64,000 nt of DNA, from the NCBI GenBank assembly GCA_051251855.1, contig JBPOGI010000007.1, forward strand, positions 256,001 to 320,000. Direction: 5' to 3'. Of this stretch, positions 9,442-19,995 are shown piece by piece. Within the stretch, counting starts at the first letter, position 1; every line of letters starts with the position of its first letter. The translations under genes were made by a program, and so were the position numbers. The DNA comes from Roseibacillus sp. GTDB lineage: Bacteria > Verrucomicrobiota > Verrucomicrobiia > Verrucomicrobiales > Akkermansiaceae. Below the pieces are notes generated by a model. It worked only from the letters and a program-made list of their open reading frames with translations. It was not told the origin of the DNA and searched no databases.

Positions 9442-10956
9442 GTGATTCGACGTTTTTTCAACAAAGCCATCTGGCTCTTCGTTCACAAGATCCCTTGGAA
9501 GCCCATTCTCATCTGGGGGCCCTGGATTGTTCTTTTGGTTATAGTTTTCTTCTACAGCTTCGAGAACTGGAGGGGAAATAGAGCGGTTGGGACCGCTCGT
9601 CTCAAGGCTGCAGATGCGGGTCTCTCCCTTGAAATTAAAGACCACCTTCCCCTTAGAGATCCGAAAATACCGAACCCATCGGATCTGCCTGGTTTTGATG
9701 GCAGAAAAACGCCCTCCATCAAGCGGATGATCTACGACAAGAGGCTTGGTTTTGATACGACCCCAAAGGGCAAGGAAGCCACCCGATCTACTGGTCGTTG
9801 GAAGGCCGAACGGAGAGATATTCGTAAATGGCTCGATCCATCTTTGGCTGTCGCTACTTTTGAAGAAGCAGCAATCGAGTTGGACCGTCTTGCTCCGGAA
9901 TTTGATATTCTTCGTGAACTCGTTGCTCAAAAAGGCGCCCACCCACTTATCTTTAATCCAAAAAGCTCTAATCCCACTTTTCAAGACATCTCAGCAGTCT
10001 CCTATATGCCGGCTTTGACCCTGACTGAAGCGCTACGTGACGACACCACGATTGCCCTCTCCGTCGGTGATCAGCAACGGGCATTCGAAAACCTTTCTCT
10101 GATGTTGGATATCTTAAATTTCGAGAGTTACCCCAATCTCGTGTCCTTTTTAATTAGGTGCACCATTGCGATATCCTGCGAAGAGGCGATTTGGGAAGCC
10201 GCAGCCTCCAGTCCATTGTTGTCTGATGAACAACTTACTTTACTTGCAATGAAGCTGGATAAGCTTGCATGGGAAGATGAATTACAAGCTGCCCTCGACG
10301 GCGAACTCTCTTATATCCTAGCCTATTGCGAGGAATCTAAAATGGACAAGGAGTTCCTTATTGAAGCTCTTTCATGGTCAAATCTGCGCCTCTTTTCCCA
10401 TCTTGAGACCGGCTGGTATCCTTTCGACGATGCCATGCTAGTCATCGACGAAACCCTATTCAGGATGATGCCTAGCGGCTGGATTGACCAAGCAGAAGCA
10501 AACTTTATTTTACGATCGCTCTCTCTCCGCAACGAAAGTGCTAAGAGTCCGAAAGTAAATCTTCACTTTCCTGCTAGGCTCTACACTGATGAGGCCATGT
10601 CACTCTTCCGCGAAGTGAGAGAGAAAAGTAAAACTGCGGTCGCACGAACTAGACTGGCTAGAATTGGAGTCGAACTGGAACGGGTAAAACAAAAGGAGGG
10701 CCAGTATCCGGATAGTTTGGACCAATTCTCTCACATCAACACCAAGGACCCTTTCAGCAACAAGCCCGTTCACTACCGGTTAAAGCACGATAGAACTCCA
10801 CTCCTCTGGTCTGTCGGATTGAACAAAATCGACGAGGACGGTCTCCCTGGAAGGAAAAGAAACGAGGGAGATATTGTGTGGATGCTCTCTCCCACCCCAG
10901 ATCTCACCAAAGCTGACTTACGAAAGAAACTACACAAACATCGTCTCTCCCCCTAA
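9442..10956 (+). CDS. Membrane-anchored hypothetical protein with a GspG-C-terminal-like tail
   Basis: 504-aa ORF with an N-terminal TM helix and C-terminal YPDSLD..DPFS..YR..LWSVGLNKIDEDG. Confidence 0.7.
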   Translation: MIRRFFNKAIWLFVHKIPWKPILIWGPWIVLLVIVFFYSFENWRGNRAVGTARLKAADAGLSLEIKDHLPLRDPKIPNPSDLPGFDGRKTPSIKRMIYDKRLGFDTTPKGKEATRSTGRWKAERRDIRKWLDPSLAVATFEEAAIELDRLAPEFDILRELVAQKGAHPLIFNPKSSNPTFQDISAVSYMPALTLTEALRDDTTIALSVGDQQRAFENLSLMLDILNFESYPNLVSFLIRCTIAISCEEAIWEAAASSPLLSDEQLTLLAMKLDKLAWEDELQAALDGELSYILAYCEESKMDKEFLIEALSWSNLRLFSHLETGWYPFDDAMLVIDETLFRMMPSGWIDQAEANFILRSLSLRNESAKSPKVNLHFPARLYTDEAMSLFREVREKSKTAVARTRLARIGVELERVKQKEGQYPDSLDQFSHINTKDPFSNKPVHYRLKHDRTPLLWSVGLNKIDEDGLPGRKRNEGDIVWMLSPTPDLTKADLRKKLHKHRLSP

Positions 10957-11027
10957 GTGGCTATGAGTCTTCAGCGACCTCGAACGACTTCAGTGTAGTG
11001 AGCTCAAAGTTCTTAGCCCTTCCCCAC

Positions 11028-11062
11028 AAAAAAGCCCCAGCCGTTTTCACGACTGGGGCTTT
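11028..11062 (-). terminator. Rho-independent terminator of ppdK (possibly bidirectional)
   Basis: AAAAAAGCCCCAG-N12-CTGGGGCTTT between convergent genes. Confidence 0.8.
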
Positions 11063-11083
11063 GAAATTATTAGAAGTCAGCCT

Positions 11084-13909
11084 TTAGCTCACTTCACCAC
11101 GGGCCATTCCTTTTTCCTCGAGAGCAGCCTGCGCAGCAGCGAGGCGGGCAACGGGGATACGGAACGGTGAGCAAGACACGTAGTTGAGTCCGGTGCGGTG
11201 GAAGAATTTCACCGAATCAGGATCACCGCCGTGCTCGCCGCAGATACCAATCTTCAGCTTAGGCTTGGCAGCTCGGCCGCCTTCAACGCCCATTTCAACC
11301 AGCTTGCCAACACCCTCTTGGTCGAGACCAGCGAAGGGGTTGTTGCTGAGAACTTCGGCGTCCTGGTAAGCAGGAAGGAAGCTCGAGGAGTCATCACGGG
11401 AAAGACCGAGGCCAGTCTGGGTGAGGTCGTTGGTTCCGAAGGAGAAGAACTCAGCGTGCTCAGCCACTTTTTCAGCGGTGAGACATGCGCGAGGAATTTC
11501 CATCATGGTTCCCACAGTATACTTCAATTGGCTCTTCTTGAGACCGAGGCTCTTGCGAACGCTGTCGGCTGTCTCGTCGATGACCTGCTTCTGAATCTCA
11601 AGCTCGCGAGCATAGGAGACGAGAGGGACCATAATCTCAGGGAGAACCTTGGTGCCTTTCTTCTGCACTTCCGCAGCAGCCTCGAGGATAGCCTCAACCT
11701 GCATTGCTGTAATCGCTGGGTAGCTGATTCCGAGACGACAACCACGGTGCCCAAGCATGGGGTTCTCTTCGTGAAGAGCGTGGATACGCTTGGTGATGTC
11801 CGGAGCGCTCATGCCAATCTTCTTGGAAAGGTCCTTCTTCTGAGCAGCATCCATGGTGCCGATGAACTCGTGAAGAGGTGGATCCAGCAGACGGATGGTC
11901 GCAGGGCGACCGTCCAGTGCCTTGAAAATTCCAATGAAGTCTTTCTTCATGAAGACCTTGATTTTCTTAAGCGCTTTCGCGCGGCCTGCGTCGTCGTCAG
12001 CAAGAATCATCTCACGGACAGAATCGATACGATTGCCTTCAAAGAACATGTGCTCAGCACGAGTCAATCCGATGCCTTCCGCACCGAACTTGATGGCCTG
12101 CTCCACCTGCTCGGGAGTATCCGAGTTGGTGCGCACTCCGAGTTTACGGTGCTTGTCTGTCCAAGTCATCAATTCCATGAACTTGGTGTAAGTGGCAGAC
12201 TTCTTCGCGGCCGCCTTGTTCTCGATGAGACCTTGGATGACCTGAGAAGGAGAAGACTTAATGCCGCCTTTGTAGACGTTACCAACGAAGCCATTGAGAG
12301 AAAGCTCGTCGCCTTCCTTCAAAGTGACGCCAGCACCAGTGAGAGTCTTCTTCTTGTAATCGATCGTCATGCTGTGTGCACCGCAGACGCAAACCTTACC
12401 CATCTGACGGGCAACGAGAGCAGCGTGTGAGGAAGCACCACCTTCGGTAGTGAGAATTCCCTCAGCGGCAATCATTCCGCGAAGATCCTCGGGAGAGGTC
12501 GCTTGGCGAACGAGGATGACGGACTCACCGCGAGCAGCCGCTTCCACGGACTCTTCAGCAGTGAAGTAGATCTTACCTGCAGCGGCACCAGGACCAGCAG
12601 GAAGACCGGAGCCCACCTTTTTGGCAGCCTTCTCAGCTGCGGAGTCGAAGATAGGAGCGAGAAGATGGCTCAAGTCGTCAGCAGGAATACGAAGAATCGC
12701 CTCTTCTTTGCTGATGAGCTTTTCCTTCACCATATCAAGAGCGATATTCACCGCTGCGAAACCAGTGCGCTTTCCGTTACGAGTCTGAAGCATCCATAGT
12801 TTGCCTTGCTCGACGGTGAACTCAACATCCTGAACATCGCGGAAATGCTTCTCAAGCTTTGTGCGAATCGCAAGAAGCTCTTTAGCAGGCTTGGGCAGGT
12901 CCTTAGACATCTTGGCGATAGGCTTAGGGGTACGAACACCAGCGACGACGTCCTCACCCTGAGCATCGATGAGATACTCACCGTAGAAAACGTTTTCGCC
13001 GGTTGCGGGGTCACGTGTGAATGCAACACCGGTTCCAGAAGTCTTACCGGTGTTACCGAAGACCATGGCCTGAACGTTCACAGCAGTTCCCCACGCAGCA
13101 GGAATACCATACTTCTGACGGTAAACGATCGCGCGGTCGTTGTTCCAGGAGTTGAAGACCGCGTTCACAGCACCCTTGAGTTGGGCGCGAGGGTCTTCAG
13201 GGAAATCCTTACCTGAGCGCTTCTTGATGAGCTTCTTGAATTCAGCCACCACCCAACGGAGATCTTTTTCGGAGAGACCCGAGTCGTCCTTCACCTTGGC
13301 CTTGGCCTTGGCTTTATCGAGAATGACTTCGTAGGGGTCGTGGTGCTCGCCGGCTTCGGCTTCCACTTCCATGACAACAGAACCATACATCTGGAGGAAA
13401 CGACGGTAAGAGTCCCAAGCGAACTTAGGGTTACCGGTCTTCGCAGAAAGAGCTTCGACGACTTCGTCGTTGATGCCGAGGTTAAGGATGGTGTCCATCA
13501 TTCCGGGCATCGACTCGCGAGCACCAGAGCGGACAGAGAGAAGAAGAGGATTGTCGAGGTCACCGAACTTTTTGCCCATGACCTTTTCGACCTTGGCGAT
13601 GTTCTCTTCGATTTGTCCGTCGAGAGTCTTGGGATACTTCTTACCATTATCGTAGTAGTAAGTGCAGACCTCAGTTGAGATCGTAAAGCCCGCAGGAACA
13701 GGAACTCCGATATTGCTCATCTCAGCAAGGTTCGCACCTTTTCCGCCGAGGAGAGCTTTCATGGTTCCGTCTCCGTCGGCTTGGCCGTCACCCCAGACGT
13801 AAACGTATTTTCCTTTTTGAGCTTTGGCCGCAGAAGTCTTCTTTGCTGCGGATTTTCTGACTGACTTTTTAGCGGCCTTTTTGGCTGCTTTCTTTTTTAC
13901 GGTTGCCAT
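11084..13909 (-). CDS. ppdK: Pyruvate, phosphate dikinase with Lys/Ala-rich N-terminal extension
   Basis: [36 protein letters not shown] (phospho-His), [18 protein letters not shown]. Confidence 0.97.
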   Translation of the reverse strand: MATVKKKAAKKAAKKSVRKSAAKKTSAAKAQKGKYVYVWGDGQADGDGTMKALLGGKGANLAEMSNIGVPVPAGFTISTEVCTYYYDNGKKYPKTLDGQIEENIAKVEKVMGKKFGDLDNPLLLSVRSGARESMPGMMDTILNLGINDEVVEALSAKTGNPKFAWDSYRRFLQMYGSVVMEVEAEAGEHHDPYEVILDKAKAKAKVKDDSGLSEKDLRWVVAEFKKLIKKRSGKDFPEDPRAQLKGAVNAVFNSWNNDRAIVYRQKYGIPAAWGTAVNVQAMVFGNTGKTSGTGVAFTRDPATGENVFYGEYLIDAQGEDVVAGVRTPKPIAKMSKDLPKPAKELLAIRTKLEKHFRDVQDVEFTVEQGKLWMLQTRNGKRTGFAAVNIALDMVKEKLISKEEAILRIPADDLSHLLAPIFDSAAEKAAKKVGSGLPAGPGAAAGKIYFTAEESVEAAARGESVILVRQATSPEDLRGMIAAEGILTTEGGASSHAALVARQMGKVCVCGAHSMTIDYKKKTLTGAGVTLKEGDELSLNGFVGNVYKGGIKSSPSQVIQGLIENKAAAKKSATYTKFMELMTWTDKHRKLGVRTNSDTPEQVEQAIKFGAEGIGLTRAEHMFFEGNRIDSVREMILADDDAGRAKALKKIKVFMKKDFIGIFKALDGRPATIRLLDPPLHEFIGTMDAAQKKDLSKKIGMSAPDITKRIHALHEENPMLGHRGCRLGISYPAITAMQVEAILEAAAEVQKKGTKVLPEIMVPLVSYARELEIQKQVIDETADSVRKSLGLKKSQLKYTVGTMMEIPRACLTAEKVAEHAEFFSFGTNDLTQTGLGLSRDDSSSFLPAYQDAEVLSNNPFAGLDQEGVGKLVEMGVEGGRAAKPKLKIGICGEHGGDPDSVKFFHRTGLNYVSCSPFRIPVARLAAAQAALEEKGMARGEVS

Positions 13910-13976
13910 CTGGTTCGTAAGTGGTTTTCACATGTTGGGTTCGGTAGAAGGATTCTTCCGAGCCGCAAGGGCGCGC

Positions 13977-14004
13977 AGCTTACCAGCGAACCTTGCGCTG
14001 TCAA
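13977..14004 (-). promoter_or_regulatory. Candidate sigma70 promoter of ppdK
   Basis: TTGACA-N16-TAAGCT with TG at the extended -10 position. Confidence 0.5.
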
Positions 14005-14124
14005 TGCGCCAATCCCCCATGCTACGGGGATTTCGCGGCATCAGAATGGAGCCAACTTTCCATGTCGTAGATGCGCCCCTCCCCTCTTGTCGGGTGAGGC
14101 TGCAAGCTGCTATCAATCTTGCAG

Positions 14125-15213
14125 ATGAACAACTGGTTTTACGCGCACAACGGCGAGCAAAGGGGACCCGTCTCCCAAGAGGAGCTTACAAGCCTCGCCG
14201 CGAGCGGTCAATTCACTCCTGCCAAGGACCTCGTGTGGCGCGAAGGAATGAGCGATTGGAAGAAAGTCTCGGAGGTTCCCGAGCTGAACTTAAGCCCGCC
14301 TTCAACCTCTACCAAACCAGCAGAATCGGCCCTTGCCCACAGCGAAGCCTCCACAAATGACCCTTACAAATCGCCTGCAGCGAGTTCTTATATTTCCGAA
14401 ACCACCGGAGACGATGACCTACCAGAAATCGAACCTGGCAGCACCTCCCTTGGAATCACGGAATGTATCGCAAGAGCCTTCGAGCTCACCAAACGCTACT
14501 TCGGAATCGTGCTCGCAGTGTGGGCAATCTACCTCGGGATCGCTTTTGGAATTAGCGTCATTTTTAGTGTGATTAACACCGCGATCATGGCTGTCGCAAG
14601 CACTACCCAAGGACCCAGTGATTCACCTCCCATTGCCTACTATGTCGTCCAAGTGATTTCTCAGGTGATTTCCCAATTACTGTCAGTATTCTTCACTCTC
14701 GGCCTCGCCCGCTTCGGTCTCAACCTCATCTCAGGAAAGCCCGCGGGAGTGGGTCTCATCTTCAGTCAAACCTCCAAGTTATTGGCAGGATTTCTCGGGT
14801 CGCTTCTCATTGCGATCATTGTCTACTTCGTCCCCGCTCTCCTTGCCCTCGCCGCCTACCTGATTGCAGATGATATCCCTATAACGATTCTGGCAGGGGT
14901 CGTTGGACTGATTCCTGCAAGCTACTTTGGGATGAAATACAGCCAGTTTTTCAACGTCATGGTCGATCGTGATTCAGGAATTTTTGAGTCCCTTCGTCAC
15001 AGCGCAGCCCTCACCCAGAATAATAAATGGGCTCTCCTTGGACTTTATATTCTCATTATCCTCATCTCGATCGCAGGCGTTCTCGCCTTCTGTGTCGGCA
15101 TCATTTTCACCGTCCCTATGACTTGGCTCGCTAGCCTTTTGGTCTATCGGTGGCTCAAGCATGGCCCTGCTGGGATGCAAGACCGTGGCCTACTCCGAGT
15201 ATATGGAGCGTGA
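14125..15213 (+). CDS. GYF_2 (DUF4339)-domain integral membrane protein
   Basis: N-terminal WFYAHNGEQRGPVS...LVWREGMSDW, then a linker and several TM helices. Confidence 0.85.
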   Translation: MNNWFYAHNGEQRGPVSQEELTSLAASGQFTPAKDLVWREGMSDWKKVSEVPELNLSPPSTSTKPAESALAHSEASTNDPYKSPAASSYISETTGDDDLPEIEPGSTSLGITECIARAFELTKRYFGIVLAVWAIYLGIAFGISVIFSVINTAIMAVASTTQGPSDSPPIAYYVVQVISQVISQLLSVFFTLGLARFGLNLISGKPAGVGLIFSQTSKLLAGFLGSLLIAIIVYFVPALLALAAYLIADDIPITILAGVVGLIPASYFGMKYSQFFNVMVDRDSGIFESLRHSAALTQNNKWALLGLYILIILISIAGVLAFCVGIIFTVPMTWLASLLVYRWLKHGPAGMQDRGLLRVYGA

Positions 15214-16775
15214 AGTTTCTCCTCGTCCTCCTGTCAACCATCACTCTTCGAGCTGAATCTCAGCCCAACATCCTCTTCCTCTTCGCGGACGATCTAGGGC
15301 GCTATGCTTCCGCCTACTCAGACCCGAAGAGCCCTTCGCCCAACGACATCGTCTCCACCCCCATTTTTGATCAAGTGGCCAAGGAAGGAATGCTCGCGAC
15401 AAATATGTTCGTCTCAGCTCCTTCCTGCACGCCCTGCAGAGCTTCCCTAGTTTCGGGCCGACACTTTTTCCGCAACGGTTCCTGCGCACAACTTCACCAC
15501 AAGTGGCATGGTCCCGACGAGAAGGACCCTTGGATGCAAGAAGTCACTGGCTATGCAAAAACTCTTCAGGCAGCTGGCTACCACATCGGCTTCAGTCAGA
15601 AAGAACACCTCAAAAACTCTCCTCTCGGCCCTCAATTTCGGAGCGCGGGTAGCAAACAGAATCAATATTCTCAGTTCGTATCTGCAGCTGAAGATCCCAA
15701 GAAAGCCCATCAACAACTTCTCGCTGAGGTTCGTTCTAATTTCCAAGAATTCCTCGCAGCAAGGGATGAAAAGGAGCCATTCCTTTATCACTTTCACCCC
15801 ACAAATCCTCATCGCAAGTGGGTCGCTGGCTCGGGAAAAAAACTCTGGGATCTGGACCCCGATTCTCTCGCTGGAATCATGCCTCCTTTTTTACCTGACG
15901 TTCCTGTGGTGCGTGAAGACCTTGCCGACTACTTAGGAGAAGGCATGGCCTTCGATGCCTATTGCGAAGTCATTTTGGAAGAACTGGAAAAAACAGGAGA
16001 ATCGAAAAACACCATCGTCATCATATCTGGCGACCACGGAGCCCCCGGATTTCCACGAGGCAAAACAAACGTCTACGACTTCGGCGCCCGTGTCCTCTTC
16101 GCCATCCGCTGGCCCGAGAAAATCAAAGCCGCCCAAATTATCGAGACACCCCTTTCCCTCCTCGACATTGCCCCCACCCTTCTCGCTGCGGCGAGGGTCG
16201 AGCCCAAGGATGAACTCGATGGCCAGAATTTACTCCCAGCTCTCGTCGATGGAAAGACAGCAGCGCTCCGAGGCTGGGCCCTCATTGGACGAGAAGCCCA
16301 TGTCGCAGAAGCCCGCATCGGCAACTTCCCCTATCCGACCCGCGCACTACGAACCTCGGACCATCTCTACATCCTCAATCTCAAACCTGAGCGGCATCCC
16401 GGCGGCGACATCTACAGCCTCCTTCATGACAAACCCGCCAAATTCGAAAATCTTGAGAGTAACACCCGTTACACTTATCCCGACATAGACGCCGGACCAA
16501 CCAAAGCTTGGATGGTCGTGAATCGTCACAACCCCGAGTTCACTCGTCATTGGGAGCTTGGCTTCGGAACCCGCCCCGCAGTCGAGCTCTACGACCTCAA
16601 AAGCGATCCACATCAAATCAATAACTTGGCCGGCGAGCCAGCGATGAAGATAATCCTCGAGAAGCTTCACAAAAAGCTCATGGCAGAACTTGAAGCGAAA
16701 GGCGACCCTCGCCTGAATGGAGACCAATTTGACCGCCCTCCCTACAAGAAGGAACTTTCCAACTTTTCCTTGTAA
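15210..16775 (+). CDS. Cys-type sulfatase (S1 family), secreted
   Basis: PNILFLFADD, CTPCRASLVSGR, GDHG, ELYDLKSDP. GTG start overlaps the upstream stop and begins a signal peptide. Confidence 0.92.
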   Translation: MKFLLVLLSTITLRAESQPNILFLFADDLGRYASAYSDPKSPSPNDIVSTPIFDQVAKEGMLATNMFVSAPSCTPCRASLVSGRHFFRNGSCAQLHHKWHGPDEKDPWMQEVTGYAKTLQAAGYHIGFSQKEHLKNSPLGPQFRSAGSKQNQYSQFVSAAEDPKKAHQQLLAEVRSNFQEFLAARDEKEPFLYHFHPTNPHRKWVAGSGKKLWDLDPDSLAGIMPPFLPDVPVVREDLADYLGEGMAFDAYCEVILEELEKTGESKNTIVIISGDHGAPGFPRGKTNVYDFGARVLFAIRWPEKIKAAQIIETPLSLLDIAPTLLAAARVEPKDELDGQNLLPALVDGKTAALRGWALIGREAHVAEARIGNFPYPTRALRTSDHLYILNLKPERHPGGDIYSLLHDKPAKFENLESNTRYTYPDIDAGPTKAWMVVNRHNPEFTRHWELGFGTRPAVELYDLKSDPHQINNLAGEPAMKIILEKLHKKLMAELEAKGDPRLNGDQFDRPPYKKELSNFSL

Positions 16776-16854
16776 GCTCCTGCCCGCGAAAAGTAGGAGC
16801 TAGTGAACGAAAAAACTTCGTGCCCTTTCTCCTCCTCCCCCTAAGTCTACTTAC

Positions 16855-17637
16855 GTGAACGCCCTCGAAAAAGCCGCCGCCCTCAAAGCTCGCGTCAATC
16901 AACCCGAGACTCCCATCTCGGCGCTGACTGCCTACGACTACCCCACCGCCCGACTGCTCGACGAGGCTGGTATCGACCTCCTGCTTGTCGGCGACTCTCT
17001 CGGGATGGTGGTGCTGGGATTCCCGGATACCACCCACGTCACAATGGATCACATGCTCCATCACACGGCGGCAGCAGCCCGAGGATGCCAAAACGCCCTT
17101 CTTCTCGGCGACCTTCCTATCCACTCTTACTCCACTCCCAAGGAAGCGGTCATGAATGCGCGCAAACTTGTTCAGGCTGGGGCCGAAGCAGTCAAACTCG
17201 AGGGAGGAATCCGCCAGGCCGAAAAAGTAAAAGCCATTGTCGACTCAGGCATTCCCGTCATTGGGCATCTTGGAATGCTTCCCCAACGAGTGAAAGAAGA
17301 AGGAGGTTACAAAAAGAAGGGTAAGACAGACGAACAAGTCTCTGAACTTTTGAAAGGTGCCCTCGCTCTCCAAGAGGCTGGAATCTGCGCCTTGGTTCTC
17401 GAGTCAGTCATCCCCTCTGCTGCTAGAAAATTATCGGAACAGCTCCAAATTCCTACTATCGGAATCGGTTGCGGAAAAGGGAACACCCACGGCGAAATCG
17501 CAGTCGTGACAGATTTACTCGGCAGCTACCCGTGGTTCGTTCCTCCCTTTGCAACCCCGAGAGCGAGTCATGGAGTTTCGACAACAGAGGCAGCAAAAAG
17601 CTACCGTGATGCGATTGTGCCGCTGACTTTCGAATAG
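16855..17637 (+). CDS. panB: 3-methyl-2-oxobutanoate hydroxymethyltransferase
   Basis: LTAYDY, LLVGDSLGM, AVKLEGG, GHLGMLPQ, PTIGIG. Confidence 0.95.
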   Translation: MNALEKAAALKARVNQPETPISALTAYDYPTARLLDEAGIDLLLVGDSLGMVVLGFPDTTHVTMDHMLHHTAAAARGCQNALLLGDLPIHSYSTPKEAVMNARKLVQAGAEAVKLEGGIRQAEKVKAIVDSGIPVIGHLGMLPQRVKEEGGYKKKGKTDEQVSELLKGALALQEAGICALVLESVIPSAARKLSEQLQIPTIGIGCGKGNTHGEIAVVTDLLGSYPWFVPPFATPRASHGVSTTEAAKSYRDAIVPLTFE

Positions 17638-17650
17638 GTCACCGCAAGGC

Positions 17651-18520
17651 CTACCGCATCCGATCTTTCGCAATGATTTCTTGAATCGCAGCAGCCTCGA
17701 GCATCGAGAACGCGGTGGTGGGAGGACTCAAGAAACCTGAGTTAATATAAGTCAGAACCCCGACCAAGAGGCCGTCGCCATTCACAACGGCTCCACCGCT
17801 CATCCCTCCCCGAGCGACCAAACTGGAGCGATAGACAGAGGCTGGCCGTGAGCCTCGAGCAGCCTTCACTGCAAAAATTGTTCCTGCGGTCTGATAAGGT
17901 CCATTCCCGACCCCATCACTCACGCCCGCCTCACCCGAAACGACCAAGCTCCCGCTGTTGGTTCCCAAGGCGGCGCTGAAAACCTGGCTACCAATCGCAC
18001 TCTGTCCTCCCGCGAGCCGAAAAACCTGACGAGGACTGTAGTCGAACTTGACGATAGCGAGGTCGTTCTTCTCATCCTTCCAAACCGCTCTCCCAAGGTG
18101 CTTATCAACGCGATAGTACTCCTTAGATTCGAAAGCCACCCCTTCTTTCGGAAAAGGTTTCAACTGGACAAAATCAGACAAATGAAACTCACCTTCATCG
18201 ACAACATGCCAAGCAGTTAGAAAGTAGCCATCAGAGGAAATCGGAACAGCTCGCCCCGAAGGCAGCCCCCCCTTTGCCGAAGCAATCAATCCCACCTTAT
18301 CCAAAAAGAACTCCTCGATACTCTGCCCCGCTATCGGTCGCGCTGCTACCCCCTCCATGCTCTGTTTCTGCAAATCACGAATGTGAGGCGCATCGTGATT
18401 CCATTCTTCGAAATTCGTGCAAGCACCCAACATCAATGCACTGCAAAAACAGAGAGTGGGGTTCTTAAAAATGAACGAACGAAGCATCCCCCACAAACTA
18501 CCTCGCAATCGAGCACTCAC
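17651..18520 (-). CDS. Trypsin-like serine protease, probable lipoprotein (start uncertain)
   Basis: LTAWHV, NDLAIV and GMSGG triad motifs; LMLGAC lipobox-like segment. Confidence 0.8.
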   Translation of the reverse strand: MSARLRGSLWGMLRSFIFKNPTLCFCSALMLGACTNFEEWNHDAPHIRDLQKQSMEGVAARPIAGQSIEEFFLDKVGLIASAKGGLPSGRAVPISSDGYFLTAWHVVDEGEFHLSDFVQLKPFPKEGVAFESKEYYRVDKHLGRAVWKDEKNDLAIVKFDYSPRQVFRLAGGQSAIGSQVFSAALGTNSGSLVVSGEAGVSDGVGNGPYQTAGTIFAVKAARGSRPASVYRSSLVARGGMSGGAVVNGDGLLVGVLTYINSGFLSPPTTAFSMLEAAAIQEIIAKDRMR

Positions 18521-18929
18521 AAGCCTTCCCTTAGAAGAAGCTTCTTTAGCTAAGCCGCTCGTCCCTGGTGCATTTCTACCGAAGAAGAGCGCTCGGAGCC
18601 ACTTCGGTCTCCCAGTGGATTAGGAAAAATCATACGCCTAATCATCCTAGCTCGCGGTTCACTCACCGCGATCTCACTCCAGCCGAAAAGACAAGGCCAA
18701 CCACCAAAACACACTAGGTTCTATTCGAGTAGGAATCGAAGAGGCCGCTGAGCAAAGTTATATGTCTAGCGAGGCACGATGAGAGAACGCATGCACCTGC
18801 GTGACCGAAGAAGAATGTTCCTCAAAGATTCAAATTTTCATAGGCCTCCTCTTATCTCGCTCGATGAAGTCACGTTTTTCTCAATCTCATGAAGAGCAAA
18901 CAGGTCATCGAGTTCTTTTGATTGAGGCG

Positions 18930-19292
18930 CTAGCTCGACGTATTGGAAGAGCCTCTCATTTCCTCTTCAAGACCTGAAATTGATTCAAGAATTTCAACCC
19001 GAGATTCAACATCGCCCTGACTCTCTGCGAGCTGAAGCGCCTTCCGATAAAGTCGCATTCTCTCATTGGGATCATCTAGAAAATCTGCGCGTGTATCGTA
19101 GAATTCGGGATGTTCACCGAACTTCGCCTGAAGCTCATCCAGAACAACCATTAGCTTATCTGTATGCACCCTAACGAGAAAATCGTCACCAGCCTCCGAC
19201 GCATTTATGATATCACAAGCAACCTCCGTTACCCGAGACCACGCTTCCTGAGTAATCGATTTCACTTTTAGTCGGACGACGACTCCCCCCAA
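18930..19292 (-). CDS. Hypothetical helical (TPR-like) protein directly downstream of lexA (start may be GTG 19265)
   Basis: 120-aa acidic, helical ORF abutting the lexA stop; RLYRKALQLAESQGD. Confidence 0.6.
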   Translation of the reverse strand: MGGVVVRLKVKSITQEAWSRVTEVACDIINASEAGDDFLVRVHTDKLMVVLDELQAKFGEHPEFYDTRADFLDDPNERMRLYRKALQLAESQGDVESRVEILESISGLEEEMRGSSNTSS

Positions 19293-19293
19293 A

Positions 19294-19905
19294 TCAAGAG
19301 TTCCGTAGCAACGCTACCATCACTCCTTGAATGATCAGCTCTCGCGCGGGAATCAGATCGGGATAAAGCTCGTTCTCCGCTTGGAGATAAGGCTTCCCCT
19401 TAGTCACGACATAGCGCTTGAGAGTGGTCTCCCCATCAATGAGAGCCGCTACGACATCCCCGTTGCGAGGCTCACGAAATTCAAGAACGACGGTATCACC
19501 GTCACAAATGTGGGCATCGATCATCGACTCGCCACGGACCTTCAAAGCGAAAGTCTTCGAATTCCCTCTCAGACCAAGGGACGAAATATCGATCGAGAGA
19601 CAACTCTCTTGGTCCTGCACTTGATCCTCCGCCATACCTGCGGCGATGGAACCATAAACAGGGATATCAATAATTTCTTCGCGATCCATCTCGTCCGGAA
19701 ACATCACTGCACGCGCCTTGCCGGGCAAACGAACCACCGCCTCTTTCCGCTCAAGCGCACGCAGGTGACTCATCGCGGCTGTTTGACTAGCAAAGCCAAA
19801 ATGAGCCTGAATCTCGCGAGTGGACGGGATCAAACCCGACCGGCGATGCTCAGCTTTGAGAAAATCGAGAACAGCTTGTTGTTTGTCTGTGAGTGCTAAG
19901 GCCAT
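19294..19905 (-). CDS. lexA: SOS repressor LexA
   Basis: LTDKQQAVLDFL, PSTREI (wHTH), IAAG cleavage site, GESM catalytic Ser, TTLKR catalytic Lys. Confidence 0.95.
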   Translation of the reverse strand: MALALTDKQQAVLDFLKAEHRRSGLIPSTREIQAHFGFASQTAAMSHLRALERKEAVVRLPGKARAVMFPDEMDREEIIDIPVYGSIAAGMAEDQVQDQESCLSIDISSLGLRGNSKTFALKVRGESMIDAHICDGDTVVLEFREPRNGDVVAALIDGETTLKRYVVTKGKPYLQAENELYPDLIPARELIIQGVMVALLRNS

Positions 19906-19917
19906 AATTTGAACATC

Positions 19918-19949
19918 GGTTCGGAAGAACAATAGCGTTTTTATGAACA
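19918..19949 (-). promoter_or_regulatory. Tandem LexA boxes
   Basis: Minus-strand TGTTC-ATAA-AAACG (19949-19936) and TGTTC-TTCC-GAACC (19931-19918) approximate the verrucomicrobial TGTTC-N4-GAACA motif just upstream of lexA. Confidence 0.75.
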
Positions 19950-19995
19950 GTCGCAAGAATTTTGTTTGTTCGTCTTCTTTTGACACCTAACTCAC

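Noticed and set aside
18620..18930. Small gene or RNA between the protease and the lexA-downstream gene
   Set aside because: The RBS-like AGGAGG on the minus strand leads to a 3-codon ORF; no convincing frame or structure.
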